Source of the DNA: an uncultured Planctomycetia bacterium
GTDB lineage: Bacteria > Omnitrophota > Gorgyraeia > Tantalellales > Tantalellaceae
NCBI GenBank assembly: GCA_964527765.1
Contig: CAZGQR010000004.1
Span: 83-64,082 of the forward strand
Reading direction: 5' to 3'
Length of the DNA stretch: 64,000 nt
A model generated the notes under the pieces. That model was not told the origin of the DNA. It worked only from the letters and a program-made list of their open reading frames with translations, and did no database searches. Positions 39,212-51,300 of this stretch are shown one piece after another (position 1 is the stretch's first letter; each line of letters begins with the position of its first letter). A program made the translations under genes and the position numbers.

Positions 39212-41047
39212 ATGCGCAGAATTTTTATTTTTACAGCTATATTCTTTCTGATAGCCGTTTCCTCCTTGGCGCAGGAAGAAAGGTTCGAGGCGAGCCTTGA
39301 GATGAACAGGGCCTCCGTGGGGAACCCGCTGTATCTTTATCTTACTTTCCACGGCAGTCAGGATATAACCCGTCCGGATGTATCTTCCGTGGAAGGGTTA
39401 CGGATAAAATATGTGGGACCGTCTACGAAGATGCTGGTTGTCAACGGCAAGATATCCCGGTCCATTACGCACATGTACCTTGTCATCCCGCTTAAAAGCG
39501 GGCAGTTCGCGATAGGTCCGTTCTTTGCCGAATATCAGGGTCAGACGTATAAGGCTGACGCCGTGACACTGACCGTCAGCGATCTGCCGTCCCGGACCGC
39601 GCAGACCGGACCTTCCCCGGCGCCGTCACCCCCCGTTACCGGGCCACCGAAGGAAGCTCCTTACGTCGGTGACAGGATCTTCCTCACGATGGACGTAGAC
39701 AAGAAACTGGTATATATAAACGAGCCCGTTCTTGCCACCATAAAAGTATACGTGGACGGAATAGGGCTGAAAGACATCGAGTACCCCTCTTACCCGCACG
39801 AAGGGTTCTCAGCCGCAGAATTTTTTGAGCCGGAGAGACACCGGGAGTCGGTGCGCGGCTCCAGGTACGACGTTCTTGTTTTCAGGCAGAATCTTTTTGC
39901 CATCAAGGAAGGGGATTATGTCCTGGGACCGGCGACATTGCGCTGTAAAATGGTGGTAAGGAAGCGGACCACGCGGCGCGCCTCACTTTTCGGCAGCAGT
40001 GTCTTTGATGATGATTTTTTCAGCAGCAGGTTCGGTCACGATGTCTATCCTATCGAACTTGAATCGGTGGAGATCCCGATCAGTATTTTGCCGTTCCCGG
40101 AGAAAGGCCGGCCGTCGGATTTTCAGGGAGCGGTGGGAGATTTTGACATGGATGTCAGTGTCCGCCCGGCGAAAGTGAAGATCGGGGATCCCGTTACACT
40201 TCGCATGACCATAACCGGCCGCGGAAACCTTGACACGGTCACAGTGCCGCGCCTCGCTTCCACCGAAGAGTTCAAGACGTATGAGCCGCAGGTCACGAAG
40301 AAAGGCGGAGAAAAAATATACGAGCAGATACTCATCCCGAAGACCGACGAGGCAAAAGAGATCCCGGAAGTTTCTTTCAGCTTTTTCAATCCTTCGTCCG
40401 AAAAGTACAAGACCATACGTAAAGGGCCGTTTCCCGTGGAGGTGGTAAAGCAGCCCGAAGCTGAGCGTACGGTCAAGATGGTCTCCATGCCCGGGGTGGA
40501 GCAGATGTTCTATCCCAAGGAAAAGATCGGCAAGGATATAATCCATATAAAAGAGAACATAGGAAGATTGCGGCGCAGGGGCCGTTTTTTGTACCAAAGC
40601 TGGCTGTTCTGGCTCGGACAGCTTATTCCTTTTGCGTTTTTGTGCGTTTTTTATGTCAGCCACAGAAAAAACGAACGGATACGCAGGGATAAAGGGTATG
40701 CCCGCTTTTTAAAGGCGCCGAGAAAAGCGCGAAACGGCCTGGCCAGGGCAAAGTCATATCTGGGCAGGAACGATTTTCCCCCGTTCTATGATACGGTATT
40801 TAAGACGCTTCAGGAATATCTTGGAGACAGGTTCAACCTCCCCAGAGGCAGTGTTACCGGTCAGGTCATCGAGGACCGTCTCCGTCCCGCCGGATGCAGC
40901 GAGAAAATACTGGAAATGCTGCAGGAAGTATTTTCCCGGTGCGAAATGGCGAGATACGCTTCTTCTGTCCCCGGGGGACATGAGGCGAAAGAGACGCTGG
41001 AGAAGGTCAAGAGGATAATCGATTATCTGGAGAAGGTGAAATTATGA
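39212..41047 (+). CDS. batD: BatD-like oxygen-tolerance protein
   Basis: 611 aa. N-terminal signal peptide, large periplasmic beta-rich region, C-terminal TM (LFWLGQLIPFAFLCVFYV) and cytoplasmic tail, as in BatD. Confidence 0.65.
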   Translation: MRRIFIFTAIFFLIAVSSLAQEERFEASLEMNRASVGNPLYLYLTFHGSQDITRPDVSSVEGLRIKYVGPSTKMLVVNGKISRSITHMYLVIPLKSGQFAIGPFFAEYQGQTYKADAVTLTVSDLPSRTAQTGPSPAPSPPVTGPPKEAPYVGDRIFLTMDVDKKLVYINEPVLATIKVYVDGIGLKDIEYPSYPHEGFSAAEFFEPERHRESVRGSRYDVLVFRQNLFAIKEGDYVLGPATLRCKMVVRKRTTRRASLFGSSVFDDDFFSSRFGHDVYPIELESVEIPISILPFPEKGRPSDFQGAVGDFDMDVSVRPAKVKIGDPVTLRMTITGRGNLDTVTVPRLASTEEFKTYEPQVTKKGGEKIYEQILIPKTDEAKEIPEVSFSFFNPSSEKYKTIRKGPFPVEVVKQPEAERTVKMVSMPGVEQMFYPKEKIGKDIIHIKENIGRLRRRGRFLYQSWLFWLGQLIPFAFLCVFYVSHRKNERIRRDKGYARFLKAPRKARNGLARAKSYLGRNDFPPFYDTVFKTLQEYLGDRFNLPRGSVTGQVIEDRLRPAGCSEKILEMLQEVFSRCEMARYASSVPGGHEAKETLEKVKRIIDYLEKVKL

Positions 41048-41820
41048 GAACGGCCGGGATATTATTATCGATCATTCTGTTTCTTACGATGGGGGCGCCC
41101 TGTCCCGCCGGAGGGGAGGGATCCCCGGAACGCACGGACCCGGAGCAGCTGTTTGCCCGAGGGAATGATCATTATGAAAAAGCCGAATACGGCAAGGCCA
41201 TAGATGAATACAAAAACGTGCTCGATGAAGGGTATGAGAGCGGCCCGCTATATTACAATATGGCCGGGGCGTATTTCAAGGCCGGCTCTCTCGGCAGGGC
41301 CATACTGAACTATGAACGGGCGAAGAATGTGATGCCGCGTGATGCCGATCTTATCAGCAATTACAGGTTCGCCCGGACCACGGCGAAAGGAAGGGTGATA
41401 CCCGAGAAAGGGATCTGGACATGGACCCCTCTCAGGTTATATTCCGCAAGTTTTACCGTGGATGAGCTTACGTGGCTGTCCTCCGGGATATATATGCTGA
41501 TCATTATTTTACTGTTCATTGCCGTACTTCGTCCGGATAAGAGCCGGCAGGTCCTGGCAGCGGCTGTTCTGCTTTTTGTTTTCATCCTGTTCAATTCAGT
41601 TGTTGTCTGGCACGAGGTCGATAAAATGGATACCGCCGCGGTCACGATCGCGCCTGAGGCTGAGGCTCTGTTCGGGCCGTTTGATTCCGCCACGGAGTTT
41701 TTTACCCTCTGGGAAGGGATGGATGTCACGATACTTAAGACCAAGGACGACTGGTATAAGGTGAGACGCGCGGACGGTAAGGTCGGATGGGTCAGAAAAA
41801 GCGATGTCGAAAGGATATAA
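41044..41820 (+). CDS. batE: BatE-like protein (TPR repeats, TM segment, C-terminal SH3b-like domain)
   Basis: TPR motifs (GNDHYEKAEYGKAIDEYKNVL; YYNMAGAYFKAGSLGRAILNYERA). C-terminal DWYKVRRADGKVGWVRKSDV is an SH3b signature. ATGA overlap with batD. Confidence 0.65.
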   Translation: MRTAGILLSIILFLTMGAPCPAGGEGSPERTDPEQLFARGNDHYEKAEYGKAIDEYKNVLDEGYESGPLYYNMAGAYFKAGSLGRAILNYERAKNVMPRDADLISNYRFARTTAKGRVIPEKGIWTWTPLRLYSASFTVDELTWLSSGIYMLIIILLFIAVLRPDKSRQVLAAAVLLFVFILFNSVVVWHEVDKMDTAAVTIAPEAEALFGPFDSATEFFTLWEGMDVTILKTKDDWYKVRRADGKVGWVRKSDVERI

Positions 41821-41832
41821 CAAGGATAAAAC

Positions 41833-44800
41833 ATGGCAAAATCACTGAGAGAGAAGTTGCAGACCGATCTGGTATTGCTGGACGGCGCTTTCGGGACATA
41901 TGCCCAGTTCCTGGGGCTTAAAGACGATCATTTCGAGGACAGGCCCGGGTGCCTGGAATATCTTTCGCTTGTCCGTCCGGATTTCGTGGCCGGGATCCAC
42001 AATGATTATCTGGAAGCGGGAAGCGACGCGGTCGAGACGAATACATTCGGCGGAAACGCCGTAAAGCTCATGGAATACGGGCTGTCGGGTGAAGTGTACG
42101 GCGTCAATCTGGCCGCCACTAAACTGGCCCGCTCAGCCGCCGATAAGTTCTCCTCTTCGTCATTCCCGAGATATGTTATAGGGACCATGGGGCCCACCGG
42201 AAAGCTTCCTTCGTCGACGGATCCCGCCCTCGGGGACATTACGTACGGGGAGCTGAAAAAGGTGTATTATGACCAGGCCCTGGGCATAATAGACGGCGGC
42301 GCGGACGCCCTGCTCGTAGAGACCGGTCAGGATATGCTGGAGATGAAAGCGGCTGTCCAAGGGGCGAAAGAGGCTCTTAAGAAAAAAAGGAAGGATCTCG
42401 TAGTGATGGCGCAGTGCACGCTGGCCAATAACGGGCGCATGCTGCTTGGGACCGAGGTGTCAGCGTTCATGGCTACGATGGGTTGCCTGGATGTTGATGT
42501 CATAGGACTTAATTGCAGCACCGGCCCGGTGGAGATGGAAAGCGCCCTTGATCTTTTAAGCGCTAGCTGCCCGACTTTTATCTCATGCGTTCCCAACGCA
42601 GGGCTTCCGGTCGAAGTTGAAGGTAAGACCGTATATCCGCTTGAGCCGGGAGAAATGGCGGAGATCCTGGCGCGTTTCGTCAGAAAGTACAGGATAGACA
42701 TCGTGGGCGGGTGCTGCGGGACCGGCCCTGAACATATCCGCCGGATGCGGAAAAAACTGGGGAAATGCAGGAAGCGCGAGCATCCGGCAAATCATTTCAT
42801 CGCCAGTTTTTACAAGGGGTACGATATGAAGGAGATGGAGCTCCCCATAAAGGTCGGTGAGCGTATCAATACCCAGGGATCCCGGAAGATGAAGGAATTT
42901 CTGATAGACGAGGATTTCGACAGGATCATCGAGATCGGCAAACAGCAGCAGAGAGACGGAGCCGAGGTCCTGGATGTATGCAGCGTCCTTACGGAACGGG
43001 CAACCGAAAAAAGAGACGCCGTTATTCTCACCAAGCGGTTAGCCGAAAGCGTCCAGGTCCCCCTCATGATAGATTCTACGGATGTCGATGTGATCGAGGC
43101 CGCTCTTCAGAATTATCCGGGAACAGCATTCGTAAATTCAGCGAATCTTGAGGATGGCGGGAAGAAGGCAGGAAAGATATTCGCTCTTGCAAGGGAACAC
43201 GGCAGTTTCGTGGTGAACCTTGTTATCGATGAAGAGGGGATGGCGAAAACGGTGGAACGAAAGCTCGAAATAGCCGGGCGTTTATACAAGATAGCGACCG
43301 AAGAGTACGGCTTGCAGCCGCACCGCCTGCTTTTCGACATGCTGACATTCACGCTGGGCACCGGGGAAAAAGAATATGCCGGCGCGGCCGCGGATACGTG
43401 CGAGGCGATAGCCGAATTCAAGAAGCGGTTCCCGGAGGCGCTGACCTCCCTTGGAGTGAGCAACGTGTCTTTCGGGCTTTCCAGGGAGGGGCGAAAAGTG
43501 CTGAACATGGTGTTTCTGCACCATGCCGTCAAGGCCGGCCTGGACATGGCGATCGTGAATCCCGCGGAGTTCATTGAATACGGGGATATTCCCGGAAAAG
43601 AGCGCAGGATCGCAGAAGACCTCATATTCAATAGGCGCGGAGATGCCCTGACGCGTCTTGTCGAATACTTTGCCGGGAAGAAAAAAGAGAAAGCTGCCGC
43701 ACCCGCGCCCGGAGAAGCCGCGGCGCTTACCATCGAAGAAAGGCTTAAAAAGTGCATTTTTGACCGTGACAAGGCCGATATCATACCCCTGGTGGACGAT
43801 GCGCTGAAGAAATATGACGCAAAGGAAATAATAAACAGCATACTTATGGATACAATGAAAGAAGTGGGTGACAAGCTTGACAGCGGAGAAATGGTCCTTC
43901 CGTATGTCCTTCAGTCGGCGGAAGTTACAAGGAAAGCGATAGAGTATCTCGCAAAGTTCCTTCCCAGGGATGCCATGCATGGCCGCGGCAAGGTGCTCCT
44001 GGCCACTGTTTTTGGGGACGTGCACGATATCGGCAAGAACCTGGTGAAGATGATCCTTCAGAACAACGGTTTTTCCGTTATAGATCTTGGCAAACAGGTC
44101 CCTGTGGAAAAGATAGTCGAAGAAGCCAAGAAGAACGAAGTGGACGCCGTGGGACTCAGCGCACTGCTTGTATCGACCGCGCGTTACATGAAGGTGTGCG
44201 TGCAGGCCATGCATGATGCGGGCCTCGATTATCCCGTGCTTGTAGGGGGCGCCCCCGTTAACAGGCAGTTCGTCATGGAGATATCCGCCTTGCAGGATAA
44301 GAGCATTTATAAAGGCGGCGTTTTTTACGCCCGCGATGCGTTTACGGGGCTCAAGATCATGCGGGCCCTGACCGATCCCGAGCAAAAAAAGGAAGAACTG
44401 CAGGTGTATTACCAGCAGTTCGAAGGGCGCGGTAAAAAGACGGTCAAAGAGGGGGTAGAAAGAGGTAAGGCCCCCGAAAAGAAAGAGAAACAGACGAAAA
44501 AGAAGCCCAGGCCGCCGTTTTACGGCATACGCTCCATTTCCAATATACCCGTGGATGAAGTATTCTCCTATCTGGACGAACACATGTTGTTCGATCTTGC
44601 ATGGGGAGCTAAGCTCAAGAACAAAGATGAGAAGGAACGCCTGATAGCCGAAGAGTACAGGCCCCTGCTGAAGGAACTGAAGGAAGAAGCCATCCGCAAG
44701 AGGTGGCTGGACCTCAAAGCCGTTTACGGGTATTTTAAATGTCAGGTCCTTGACGGGTACATGGAAGTTCTTGATGAGTCCGGAGAGGTTCTTGAGGAGA

Positions 44801-45237
44801 TCCATTTCTTCCGTTCGCAGGGAACGGGAAGCGTTGCGCTTACGGATTATTTTTTCAGCGGGCCGGAAGGATATGACATCGTCGCGTTCCAGGCAGTAAC
44901 GGTCGGTGACAGGATCAACGGCGCCGTCAGGATACTCAATGAGACAAAGGAATTCACCCGCGCGTTCTTTCTCCACGGCTTGAGCGTCTGTCTTACCGAG
45001 GCCCTGGCCGCGTATGTCCATGACAGGGTGCGCCGCGAACTGAAGCTGAAAAAGGGGCAGGGGAAACGTTACAGCCCAGGGTACCCGCTGTGGAAGCAGA
45101 TAGAGGATCAGGAGAAGATATTCCGGCTCCTGGATATAGAAAAACGGCTGGATATCAGGCTGACTGAAGGGTATCAGATGGTGCCGGAGCAGAGCACTAC
45201 CGCCATGATCGTGTATAACGATAAAGCGGAGTACTGA
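41833..45237 (+). CDS. metH: Cobalamin-dependent methionine synthase
   Basis: 1134 aa. N-terminal Hcy-binding barrel, pterin-binding region, B12-binding motif (GDVHDIGKN...) and C-terminal AdoMet-activation domain. Confidence 0.95.
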   Translation: MAKSLREKLQTDLVLLDGAFGTYAQFLGLKDDHFEDRPGCLEYLSLVRPDFVAGIHNDYLEAGSDAVETNTFGGNAVKLMEYGLSGEVYGVNLAATKLARSAADKFSSSSFPRYVIGTMGPTGKLPSSTDPALGDITYGELKKVYYDQALGIIDGGADALLVETGQDMLEMKAAVQGAKEALKKKRKDLVVMAQCTLANNGRMLLGTEVSAFMATMGCLDVDVIGLNCSTGPVEMESALDLLSASCPTFISCVPNAGLPVEVEGKTVYPLEPGEMAEILARFVRKYRIDIVGGCCGTGPEHIRRMRKKLGKCRKREHPANHFIASFYKGYDMKEMELPIKVGERINTQGSRKMKEFLIDEDFDRIIEIGKQQQRDGAEVLDVCSVLTERATEKRDAVILTKRLAESVQVPLMIDSTDVDVIEAALQNYPGTAFVNSANLEDGGKKAGKIFALAREHGSFVVNLVIDEEGMAKTVERKLEIAGRLYKIATEEYGLQPHRLLFDMLTFTLGTGEKEYAGAAADTCEAIAEFKKRFPEALTSLGVSNVSFGLSREGRKVLNMVFLHHAVKAGLDMAIVNPAEFIEYGDIPGKERRIAEDLIFNRRGDALTRLVEYFAGKKKEKAAAPAPGEAAALTIEERLKKCIFDRDKADIIPLVDDALKKYDAKEIINSILMDTMKEVGDKLDSGEMVLPYVLQSAEVTRKAIEYLAKFLPRDAMHGRGKVLLATVFGDVHDIGKNLVKMILQNNGFSVIDLGKQVPVEKIVEEAKKNEVDAVGLSALLVSTARYMKVCVQAMHDAGLDYPVLVGGAPVNRQFVMEISALQDKSIYKGGVFYARDAFTGLKIMRALTDPEQKKEELQVYYQQFEGRGKKTVKEGVERGKAPEKKEKQTKKKPRPPFYGIRSISNIPVDEVFSYLDEHMLFDLAWGAKLKNKDEKERLIAEEYRPLLKELKEEAIRKRWLDLKAVYGYFKCQVLDGYMEVLDESGEVLEEIHFFRSQGTGSVALTDYFFSGPEGYDIVAFQAVTVGDRINGAVRILNETKEFTRAFFLHGLSVCLTEALAAYVHDRVRRELKLKKGQGKRYSPGYPLWKQIEDQEKIFRLLDIEKRLDIRLTEGYQMVPEQSTTAMIVYNDKAEY

Positions 45238-45247
45238 GGAGGGGGAG

Positions 45248-45460
45248 ATGGCTGAATGCAAGATCGCAAAGAATAAGAACAGGTGCAACTGCACCTATGA
45301 ACCGTGTTCCAAGAAAGGCGTGTGCTGTGACTGCATACAATATCACCTGAATATAGGGGAGTTCCCCGCGTGCCTTTTTCCCGATGACGTTGAAAAGACC
45401 TTTGACCGCAGTATCGAGACCTTTATAAAAACATACCAGGAACGAGGCAGATGGTGGTAA
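45248..45460 (+). CDS. Small cysteine-rich cytoplasmic protein (DUF6485-like?)
   Basis: 70 aa with [21 protein letters not shown]....PAC (8 Cys). SD GGAGGGGGAG 6 nt upstream. 3' end overlaps the mnmG start by 10 nt. Confidence 0.5.
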   Translation: MAECKIAKNKNRCNCTYEPCSKKGVCCDCIQYHLNIGEFPACLFPDDVEKTFDRSIETFIKTYQERGRWW

Positions 45461-47274
45461 CCAGGTACGATGTTATAGTGGTCGGAGGAGGGCACGCTGG
45501 AAGCGAAGCGGCGCTTGCCTGCGCGCGAATGGGGGTCAGCACGCTTCTGATCACGATGAAGAAGAACGCAATAGGGTACACCTCGTGTAATCCCTCGATC
45601 GGCGGCGTAGGCAAGGGGCAGCTGGTCAAGGAGATAGACGCGCTGGGCGGCGAGATGGCCAGGGCCGCGGATGCCAGTACTATACAGTTCCGGATGCTGA
45701 ACTCTTCCAAGGGTTACGCGGCAAGATCATCCAGGGTTCAGATAGACCGCAAGCTGTATAACGTTTACATGAGGGATCGCCTCTTGTCCCAGGAAGGTCT
45801 TGATGTCGTCGAGGATGAAGTCAAGGAAGTCCTTGTCTCGAATTCCGGGTGCGAAGGCGTGAACACCGGTAAGGGGGAAGTCTTTAAAGCGCCAAATGTC
45901 GTGCTTACTCCGGGAACCTTCATGAGGGGCATCATGCATATAGGCCTTGAGCATTTCCCCGGAGGGCGCATGGGCGAAGACGCTTCGTCGGGGTTGTCGG
46001 AGAATCTTTCTTCACTGGGTTTCCGTGTGAGCTCTTTGAAGACGGGAACGCCGGCGAGACTGGACGGAAGGACCATAGATTTTTCTTCCCTTCAGAAGCA
46101 GGAAGGGGATGAACGGATCATTCCTTTTTCCTTTTCCACCGGAGCCGTGAGCCTGCCGCAAAAACCCTGTTATATCACCAGAACGAATGAGAATACTCAC
46201 CGCATCATACATGAAGGGCTGGACAGGTCACCCCTCTATACGGGTAAAATAAGATCCACAGGGGTACGTTACTGTCCGTCGATCGAGGACAAGGTGGTCA
46301 AATTTCCCCACAGGGATTCCCATATTGTCTTTCTTGAACCCGAGGGGCTGGATACGGACGAGTATTATCCCAACGGCATATCGACGAGCCTGCCGCTTGA
46401 TGTCCAGGAGCGCATGATCCGGAGCATAAGCGGCCTGGAGAATGCGAAGATGAATAAACCCGCGTACGGCATCGAATACGATTTCGTGGATCCCACTCAG
46501 CTGTATCCCACGCTGGAGGCAAAAAAAGTCCCCGGTCTTTTCATGGCCGGTCAGATAAACGGGACCACGGGTTATGAAGAGGCGGCCGCGCTCGGCCTGA
46601 TGGCCGGGATAAACGCCGCGCGGAAGATCAGGGGAGAAAAACCGGTCGTGCTGAAAAGACCCCGGGCTTATATAGCGGTCCTCATAGACGATCTTGTCAC
46701 CAAAGGGACGAAGGAGCCGTACAGGATGTTCACCTCGCGCGCGGAATACAGGATATTGATCCGCGAAGACAACGCCGATACCCGTCTTGCTTCGATCGGA
46801 CACGATCTGGGGCTTGTCGCGGAAAACGTGCCGGAGCGCGCGCGCCGGAAAAAAGAAAAAGTCGGGGAGGAAAGAGAAAGATTGGCCGGGACGAAGGGTC
46901 CTTCCGGGGTTTCTCTGGCGCGCCTGTTGAAGAGGCCTGAGATCTCGTACGATGACATAATGAAGCTGGAGAACAGGGACTCAGAACTTTCTTATCATGA
47001 GAAAGTGCAGCTGGAGGTCGATGTAAAATATGCGGGTTATATCGAAAGGGAGCTGGCGAGAATAGAGAAGTTCTCGTCCCTGGAGAAGATCCGTATCCCC
47101 GCGGATTTTGACTATTCCATGATCGGCGGTTTATCGAACGAGATAAAGGAAAAACTTGTTTTTTCCCGTCCCCGTTCACTGGGGCAGGCTTCAAGGATCT
47201 CCGGGGTCACGCCCGCCGCCATATCGATCCTCATGGTCAAGCTGCATGCCGCAAGGAAAGCCCCGGCGAGATAA
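45451..47274 (+). CDS. mnmG: tRNA uridine 5-carboxymethylaminomethyl modification enzyme MnmG (GidA)
   Basis: [26 protein letters not shown]-binding N-terminus and conserved GidA central/C-terminal regions. 607 aa. Confidence 0.95.
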   Translation: MVVTRYDVIVVGGGHAGSEAALACARMGVSTLLITMKKNAIGYTSCNPSIGGVGKGQLVKEIDALGGEMARAADASTIQFRMLNSSKGYAARSSRVQIDRKLYNVYMRDRLLSQEGLDVVEDEVKEVLVSNSGCEGVNTGKGEVFKAPNVVLTPGTFMRGIMHIGLEHFPGGRMGEDASSGLSENLSSLGFRVSSLKTGTPARLDGRTIDFSSLQKQEGDERIIPFSFSTGAVSLPQKPCYITRTNENTHRIIHEGLDRSPLYTGKIRSTGVRYCPSIEDKVVKFPHRDSHIVFLEPEGLDTDEYYPNGISTSLPLDVQERMIRSISGLENAKMNKPAYGIEYDFVDPTQLYPTLEAKKVPGLFMAGQINGTTGYEEAAALGLMAGINAARKIRGEKPVVLKRPRAYIAVLIDDLVTKGTKEPYRMFTSRAEYRILIREDNADTRLASIGHDLGLVAENVPERARRKKEKVGEERERLAGTKGPSGVSLARLLKRPEISYDDIMKLENRDSELSYHEKVQLEVDVKYAGYIERELARIEKFSSLEKIRIPADFDYSMIGGLSNEIKEKLVFSRPRSLGQASRISGVTPAAISILMVKLHAARKAPAR

Positions 47275-47284
47275 GCACGATAAT

Positions 47285-48202
47285 ATGGATACACATTATA
47301 ATTCCTTTAGTTCATACCTGCATAACCGGTTCGGAGAGAAGGTAAGGAAAATAAGCCTGAACGCCGGTTTTTCGTGTCCCAACAGGGACGGAAAGCTCGG
47401 CCGGGAAGGGTGCATCTTTTGCAACGAGCTGGGATTCAGCCCGTTCGCCGGTAGAACCCTTTCCCTGGAGGAGCAGATAGAGCAGTCGATCGCCCGCGCC
47501 AGGAACAAGGACGGGACGCGGAAATTCATCGCCTATTTCCAGAACGCGACAAATACGTACGCGTCCTGCCGGGAATTGAAATGCGCTTACGATGTCATAA
47601 AAGGATACCCTGAAATAGTGGGGCTTTCGATATCAACGCGGCCCGATTGCATCGATGATAAAAAGATCGATCTTATCGAAAGCTACAGGGATGATTACGA
47701 AGTGTGGATCGAGTACGGCCTCCAGACAGCGCATGACAGGACGCTTGAAAAGGTGGATCGAAAGCATACGTTCGCGCAATCGGTCGGTGCGATAGAAAAG
47801 GCCGCGCGGAGAGGAATAAAGATCGGCGCGCATGTCATCCTGGGATTGCCCGGAGAATCCAGGGAAGAGATGATCGCAACCGCGAGGGAAATATCCCGAC
47901 TTCCCGTCTCCGGAGTAAAACTGCACGTCCTGCACGTGCTTAAAGACACCAGACTTGAGGAGTTATATCGCGAAGGCAGGATAACACTTCTGAACCAGGA
48001 TGAATATATCGGTTTCGCCTGTGATTTTCTGGAGAACCTGAGGCCGGACTGCATAATTCTCAGGCTTGTCTCGGACGCAAAAAAGGAATATCTGATCGCT
48101 CCGGAATGGATAAATAACAAGCTTCTTGTCATAAAAGAAATTGAAGATGAGTTTGAGGCAAGAGGTACCCGCCAGGGCAGTACCCCTCCTTCCGTCTCCT
48201 GA
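47285..48202 (+). CDS. Radical SAM protein, TIGR01212 (YtqA/YhcC) family
   Basis: CPNRDGKLGREGCIFC matches the Cx8Cx2C variant motif of this family. Start at the ATG at 47285 after the mnmG stop; the listed 47156 start lies inside mnmG. Confidence 0.8.
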   Translation: MDTHYNSFSSYLHNRFGEKVRKISLNAGFSCPNRDGKLGREGCIFCNELGFSPFAGRTLSLEEQIEQSIARARNKDGTRKFIAYFQNATNTYASCRELKCAYDVIKGYPEIVGLSISTRPDCIDDKKIDLIESYRDDYEVWIEYGLQTAHDRTLEKVDRKHTFAQSVGAIEKAARRGIKIGAHVILGLPGESREEMIATAREISRLPVSGVKLHVLHVLKDTRLEELYREGRITLLNQDEYIGFACDFLENLRPDCIILRLVSDAKKEYLIAPEWINNKLLVIKEIEDEFEARGTRQGSTPPSVS

Positions 48203-48292
48203 TGTAACTTTCTATAAATAAAAGAGATACATGGAAAAATGTTTCAATATTCTCTTTTGGGTTAAGATATAAAATAGGTAGAAAATACAGAT

Positions 48293-48319
48293 TGACTTTT
48301 TCTTTCTCTCTGATATAAT
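48293..48319 (+). promoter_or_regulatory. sigma70-like promoter of the giant gene (TTGACT - 15 nt - TGaTATAAT)
   Basis: -35 at 48293-48298 and extended -10 TGATATAAT at 48311-48319. The ATG at 48329 lies only 10 nt after the -10, and there is no SD. Confidence 0.45.
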
Positions 48320-48328
48320 GAATACATT

Positions 48329-51300
48329 ATGTTAAAGTTAAGAGAACTAAAAGTCATAGCTTTAGCGGTTGTGATCGCTTTTTCATTCCAGAATCTGACC
48401 TATGCCAATCCCGATCTTTTTGCCAAAAATAACCGGCAGGCATCAGATACGCTGGCGCCGGAGGGGCGTTTCCAGAATTACGGCGTTGAGGCGCAGAGCC
48501 TTATGTTCCTTGTCCGTGCGGCCCAGGAAGTTTTAGCGAAAAATATCAGGCCGGAAAAAGTAACCGATTTTATCAAGAACTCGCCCGCCCTGACCCCTGA
48601 AATAGAAGAGAAGATCGATTTTGGCCTTGTGAACATTGTCGGGGACAAATCGAACAAACTCCAAGTCGGCTATCGCGGAGAACAGGGAACGCATGTCATA
48701 ACTTTCAGCGAAAAGCCCGAGCATATCCGTGGCCGCATGCCTGATTCCGCCGGACGCGTGCAAATAGCCAATATTATCGTGGAGATCGACGTACCTTCGA
48801 AAGGCATAGAACAGCCGGGACAAGCCCCCGAGGGAGGCGCCCGGGATACACTTATAGATGAAGCAGAGGGCGATATCACAGGTGCCTCGGAAGGCGATAC
48901 CGCTATTCATAGCGGGAAAAGGCATGAGGGCAAGAAACAGTTCAGGGGGATATTCGGTATCGGGTACGGAAGATGGCTTGCCAAAAAGGTCAGCGGGGTG
49001 TTCGGCAAATGGCACGTTAAAAGAGAACCCGGGGTCAATGATGTTATAAGGAAATACTGGCGCAAAGGCAAGCCCTTAAAAGGATGCTCCGCCTGCTCGC
49101 CGGAAGAGATGTCATCCATAATGGCGGCCATCTATGCGACCATGAGCGGCAAAAAGGTGGGAACGAGCATCATCGCGAACGTGTACAAGGTCTATATCTA
49201 TGATATAGGCAGGAGAGACTTCTCCGGCGGCGTTACCACCCATTTCGGCATAAGGACCGGCACCATCCACATTACAAAGGAAGAATATGAGAGACTGAAA
49301 AAACTGGATGAACGGGAGCATGAGAAACTGGAGTCTTCGGACGAGATCCACTTTTATCACCTTGCCGCGAGAATAGCGCATGAAGTCACTGAAATAGACA
49401 GCTGGAGGAAAAAAGCCAAGGATCTTGTCGCCGAAAAGGCGATAGACAGGCTGGGGTCGATCAAGAGTAAGTACAGCGATGACTGGGCCAACGGCATAAG
49501 GAAATGGATAAGGGACAATTGCAATACGTCGGGCAAGGGAGCGGCCCAGCGGCTTGACAGGGAATTTCACAGAAAAGGGTTCGATCGGGAAGCCTGCATA
49601 CTTGCCGAGTCTCTCCTGGCTGAGAATATACTGGCCAGAAAAGGTATTTCGGACAAAGAGAAGTATTATGAAACGGTCATGAAATTGTCCCGTGAATTTT
49701 TGGAGAACGGAAAATATGACGATCTTGTCGCCGATCTGGGGTCTTCCGTAAGGATCCCCCGGGGAAAGCGCAGGGAAGCGTTCGATTCCATCGTGAACAC
49801 CCTCAAGCATTTTGATGATACCAGGGGCCGGGAAGTCTTTATCAATGTGCTGTATGCAAAGGCATCTTTCGAATATATACGCGCGCTGGACGGCGGCGTG
49901 GACAGTCTCTTGCAGAAGGATTGGAGTTTCAAGGACAAAAGCAGGGGGCTTGCGCGGCGAATGGATATTTTAAGGGAAAGTCTGGAAAAAGTAAAATATA
50001 TCGACAGTGTCTCGCGCGAAGAGATCGAGACCTGGATAGACGAGACAGGGACCAAGATAAGGGTCCCCCCTCCGGGTATAGACGCCAGGGAGGTAGACGC
50101 CCTCATCAGTATTTTTATGGAAGTGAGAAAGCTGCTTTCCGGCAGGAACCATATGCAGGAGTGGGACAAGATCTATCCAAGCGTCTTTGGTCCCGAGGAT
50201 CCGGCAAGGGAGCCGGATATCATCGGCGCCTCCGATCCGGGGGAAAGCCCGGATATTGCGAACAGCGATCCCAAAGGCCCGGAAGATACAATAAGGGCCC
50301 CGAGTCCGATCGAGCCGGACGAGATCAAGATCATCGATTTCGGCCTCGGAGAAATGAAGAGCGAGATAATATCCGAAAGCATCAGCCCCCAGAACGGTCC
50401 GGTGAAACCGCCCATGGACACCGATGCGGTGCTGAATATCCTGGAGAAGTATAAGAACTGGAATTACCGGTCCGTCAAGGGCAGGTCCACGGAGAAGAGA
50501 GAAATGACCACCGGGCGGTCGCGGATGAAAGATACCAGCCGGAAGCAAAAAGAAACCAGCCGGAAACTGGAGACCACCCAGGAGACGGCCGGGTACAAGT
50601 ATATATCAAGATTTTCGGACGATGCCATTCTCAGGGAAAAGGTCAAAAAGGCGCGCGGCAGCGCCAGGGACCTGATGAACAATCCCCTGATCCTGAGGTT
50701 GACCGAGGGGTCGAGGGATTTCAGGATGTATTATGGTTCGTCCACGGGCTATTTTGACGTGCTTGATGTCAGGAAAGACTATCCGCATATCCTTGATATC
50801 ACGATCCTGGTCGACGGCAAGAGGGACCCGATCCTCAGGGCTTATGGACAGGAAGAAATAAAAAAGATATCAGAGGGGATATCCGCGGAATTTTCAGACG
50901 TTAACAGGTTCAATCTGACCGTTGTCGGCATTGAGGATATGAGGGAAGCCTTTCGCAAAGGCTCCTCCATGTCTTCAGAGAAAAGCGCGGATCTTCAGCG
51001 CTTGTTCATCAAGCTTTATAAAGAGGATATCCAGATCGCCGGGTCCAACCTGATAGACGAGAGTTCCGGCTTTCTGTCAGAGCTTGACCACTTTGAGAGG
51101 ATCTATATCGCCGAGCTTGTATCAAAGTTCACCCAGATGGCGGCAATAAGAGAGGACATGGAAGGGCTTGAAAGACATATCGGGCTGAGCGCCGATGAGA
51201 AACAGGAGTTAAAAAAGCTCAGAGAAAACCATAATAAGACCAAACTGAAGATCGGGGAGCTGGAAACGCAGCAGGAGCGGGTCAACAACGCCATGGAGGC

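Noticed and set aside
38654-39352. Three overlapping ORFs (232 aa minus, 171 aa minus, 136 aa plus) with Cys-, Leu- or Arg/Ser-rich translations
   Set aside because: All arise from alternative frames of the CAG/GAG/AAG low-complexity tract in batC. Only the batC frame is continuous with flanking TPR and operon context.
43282-45294. 670-aa minus-strand ORF
   Set aside because: Antisense to metH, which has canonical domain motifs in the plus frame. Judged a GC3-driven artefact.
47156-47284. Longer start for the TIGR01212 radical-SAM gene inside mnmG
   Set aside because: A 119-nt overlap with the conserved mnmG C-terminus is implausible. The ATG at 47285 follows the mnmG stop directly.
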